Shown piece after piece: positions 60,781 to 64,000 of a stretch of DNA of 64,000 nt (position 1 is the stretch's first letter; every line of letters starts with the position of its first letter). The DNA lies in NCBI RefSeq assembly GCF_902459465.1, contig NC_047062.1:11160001-11224000 (forward strand). Direction: 5' to 3'. This stretch comes from Asterias rubens. Taxonomy: Eukaryota. Position numbers and translations under genes: made by a program. The notes beneath the pieces are model-generated. The model was not told the origin of the DNA. It saw nothing but the letters and a program-made list of their open reading frames with translations, and made no database searches.

Positions 60781-62864
60781 TACATGTGTACATACGCTGC
60801 TGTACACGTATTTAGTATTATCATGGAGGAAGGAAGAGAAGGAGCTCGAACGAAGGGACTTCAAAAGTCGAACCCGTGGTACCGCGGTTGTTGAACGACA
60901 CCTCGTAATCCCCCACATACCTTATACAGACAATGGGCGACCTATGGATATAATACAGAAAAACAACTTTTTTGAGACCTGAGTCAATCCCGAGTCAAGC
61001 TACGCTTACGTTCCAAGATCTGCAGCTACGCTTACGTTTCAAAATACATTCTCACAAAGACGCTTTTGAATCCCTCAAGATTTCCTTCCCCCAAGATTAA
61101 AAAAATTTCACTGTGAATAACACTACAGGGCCCACCAGTTAATATCTGTTTAGTAGAATACTGTACAAAATTTCTTTACTATCCAAACATTTAGTTGGGC
61201 ACTAGGCATAAGTCTACAACATTTCAAATTTAATTAAAAATTGGCTGGTAACCAGTTTCTGCTAAGCAATACTATTTTGTGCTAACTATAAGCAAATTGT
61301 TTAGCCAGTACAGGCTTCATCAGTGTGGGCCCTGGCACGTCGGGAGCAAAACGCCACGATCGCATTTCAAGCTGCATCTTGGAACGTAACCACATCATAT
61401 TTTTTGGAATGTAGTCGTAACAATATCTTTTGGAACAACTCATGAGAAATAGCGAATTTTGATTGCTTGTCGGTTGGCGACTATACTGCTATTCAACTCC
61501 CAGTTATTTGAGGCAAATAGTCAGGTCATAAATTCCACTAGTTGCCCAGTTTAATCATTACCTCAAAAATAACTCTTCATTCACAGAATTAAAAAATAAT
61601 ACTTTGTTTGGCAAAATTATGCTTTGAGGGAATTTTGTTTTAGCATTATTTTTATTTCAACCTTTTATACAAAATTCTCATAATATTTTTAAGCTACTCA
61701 CACAATAACACTGTCAATATAACCATGGAGGTAGATGCGATATTCCTACGTTTTGACATCATCAAAATTACTTGAAAACTCATAACAAAAAGAAATTAGG
61801 GGGCCATGAATCAAAATTGGCATATTGGAACGTTGCTATCATAAGAAACAACGGAGTCGACACCCGCAAGCTGGGAGTTCATAGCGCCCGGGATTTAACA
61901 CCTCCAACCCCCATCCACGAGACACGGCATGGGCGGTACGTGATATTCCACAAGGCTTATTTCACGTTCCGATTGCTCCACGCCGTGGGGCCATACAAGC
62001 GTCCGTTACACGGACTCTCTGAATGCTAATCTTACGTTCGATTTTTGACCATTATTTACGATTTCAAATCGTCACGTATCCATAATCTGAATAGGTAGTC
62101 TATACTTAAAATTTCACTGTTTTCCTTTTAATAGGCCTATAATGACCACGGAATTACTCTTTGAGCAAAGATTATTAAAAATAGAGCGCCGATCATATTG
62201 AACTTTGACTCGGTCTAGTTTGAATAGTCATCTTCAATTCGTCACGTGATATGAATATTGCATACATTAAAAGTAATTTACATAGTCTGGCCACGCCTTC
62301 AATTTGCAAATGTCCCAGACCATGGTGAGCACAGGACATGGTGAGATCCGGAAATCAGAGAAACAGAGCGCCCGCTAGCGTTCGTTCATTACAAGCGTGT
62401 ACAGTTTTTGCCGCGCATAATCGGAACGTTGGTTGTGTGTGACCACGCAACACCAATGGTCTTGGAACCTAGACTAAGACGAGCCGTCCAGCTGGAGGTC
62501 TCCTATCTTTTTCCACTGGTCAGACAGGGGCATTGAGAGTATACATGTATTCTTTTGTTACTCTGCGGTTTTGCGGGTTCTCTTCCTTCCTCCGTGGTAT
62601 TATGCACTGTGTGTTATGGAGTGGGGGGGGGGGGGGGGGGCGCTGGCGGATTTCCGTCATGGGGACTGGAATTTTGCAGGTCGCGTCTGGCTGGAGCGCC
62701 TTGATCTAGGCTATACAAAACATTGTGGATTAATTAATTTGTGTGTGTTTTTGTGATCGCGGAATTCCCTGCTTTCCGCAAGCGCCGCTTGTTTTCTTAC
62801 GCGGTAAGCAGAGCCGTGAAATTGGGCCCCAATGGTTTAGGCGTTGTTCAGCTTTTTATAGCTC

Positions 62865-63020
62865 CATAGACCTTATCGCAAATACCAATGCGCAAGCGCA
62901 GACTGTTGAATGAGGTGCATTTTGGGATATATATGGATCAAATTTGGATACCAGCCAGACCACAATGCACCTAATTCCAAGCTTTACGCGCGCGCCCCGG
63001 TATTTGCGAAAAGGTCTATG
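62865..63020. mobile_element. Short MITE with TIR catagacctt.tcgcaaatacc
   Basis: 22-bp imperfect inverted termini. Confidence 0.75.
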
Positions 63021-64000
63021 TTCAAACTAGTCTGGAAGTATTCCCTGCAGCGCCCGCTGTTGTTCGATAGTGGGGATAGCGATAGTTTAGTGATAATTAA
63101 CACCAACTTATATCATCTTGTTTATCTTTAAGGTTTATCTATGGAGGAAGAATGTCAACACATATGAGTGCTAATTATTTCCTCGCTTGTTACAGGTGTT
63201 TGTTATGTACATTGTCAGCAAGGAAGGACTGCTCTGTGGTGGAGTCGTGAAGATACTGTTTGACAAAACATGGAGGGAAAAAATGACCAATGGAATCCGT
63301 TACTCATGAATTTTTTTTAAATGGCTAAAACACCAATGTAATGTACACGCGAATCGTGTCATAGTCTTGTTGCAAGCCGTTCTTAACGGTTTTTCCTGAC
63401 TGATTGGTCATAGATTCGGCTCTGCACGCTGTCATAGATCTAGCCTGAACATCTGACGTCATATTTCGAGGCTCGTGAATAACGCCAGAGACTGGCCTCC
63501 AGTCGCCATGTATCTTCACCTTTGACCTACATTCATTCACATAGAGATACGTATGTCAAATTCCGACGAGGCTCAATTCCTACACCAACATTACATGCAA
63601 GTACATACACAAGCAATAGGCCTACTCGTGTAGACCATGGAGGTGTGTGGACACAGCATGCAGACGATGTTTTGATTGGTCAGTATTCCAGTAACAAATT
63701 AAGATGCCAAATCAAACCCCTGGGGGTATTACAAAGAATACAACAGATAGTTAAAGCGAACAATATTCCACTAACAGTTTGAGTAGGCCTACATGTAAAT
63801 TTATTCGAATTCAACACGACCCAAGAACTTTTTTAACCATAGTCTTCACCGAACCAAACTTTGAAAGTACCAGGGGTTCATTTTGTTTCAATCATCACTT
63901 AATGACCATTCAAACGATAACATGCTCTCTTAAGCCGTGTTCGCACTGGATTAATATTTTGGGTAACTTAACCATGACGCTGGGTAACATTCCGACGGGT

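Noticed and set aside
63190-63800. Possible start or exon of another gene at the window end
   Set aside because: There is an acceptor-like site near 63197, but the ORFs are short and carry no recognisable motif.
1-64000. Most remaining 60-120-aa ORFs in the track
   Set aside because: They overlap MITE/SINE copies or are antisense or alternative frames of real exons, with low-complexity composition.

Overview
AT-rich, repeat-dense animal genomic DNA, probably an invertebrate deuterostome such as an echinoderm (inference). There is one assembly gap (N run, ~3998-4245). I reconstructed the spliced genes by hand from splice sites and reading phase; the ORF track only shows them in fragments. (1) A complete 23-coding-exon CatSper auxiliary subunit gamma gene (CATSPERG-like) on the minus strand, 31421->2225: 3726 nt, 1241 aa, signal peptide, one C-terminal TM, one GC-AG intron. 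(2) A 3-coding-exon B9D2 gene on the minus strand, 40544->35971 (174 aa), directly upstream of it. (3) A tandem array of three single-exon carbohydrate 6-O-sulfotransferase (CHST1/3-like) copies on the plus strand: intact 43241-44566, pseudogene ~49118-50329, intact 56769-58004. Introns and intergenic DNA hold many TTAA-flanked Kolobok-like MITEs, a hAT-like MITE nested in one of them, tRNA-derived SINEs, a 5'-truncated L2 LINE, a decayed THAP ORF and three tandem arrays (36, 169 and 58 bp units). The most unusual signals are these. A minimal type-I hammerhead ribozyme motif (12688-12731, minus) sits in a Penelope-like insertion on the sense strand of a CATSPERG intron. A second copy of that element has its hammerhead region expanded into a 58-bp tandem hairpin array (60266-60550). 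The sulfotransferase pseudogene is a mosaic of its neighbours, and two paralogues carry the same MITE at the same site in opposite orientations. Protein family calls rest on recalled motifs, not database searches.
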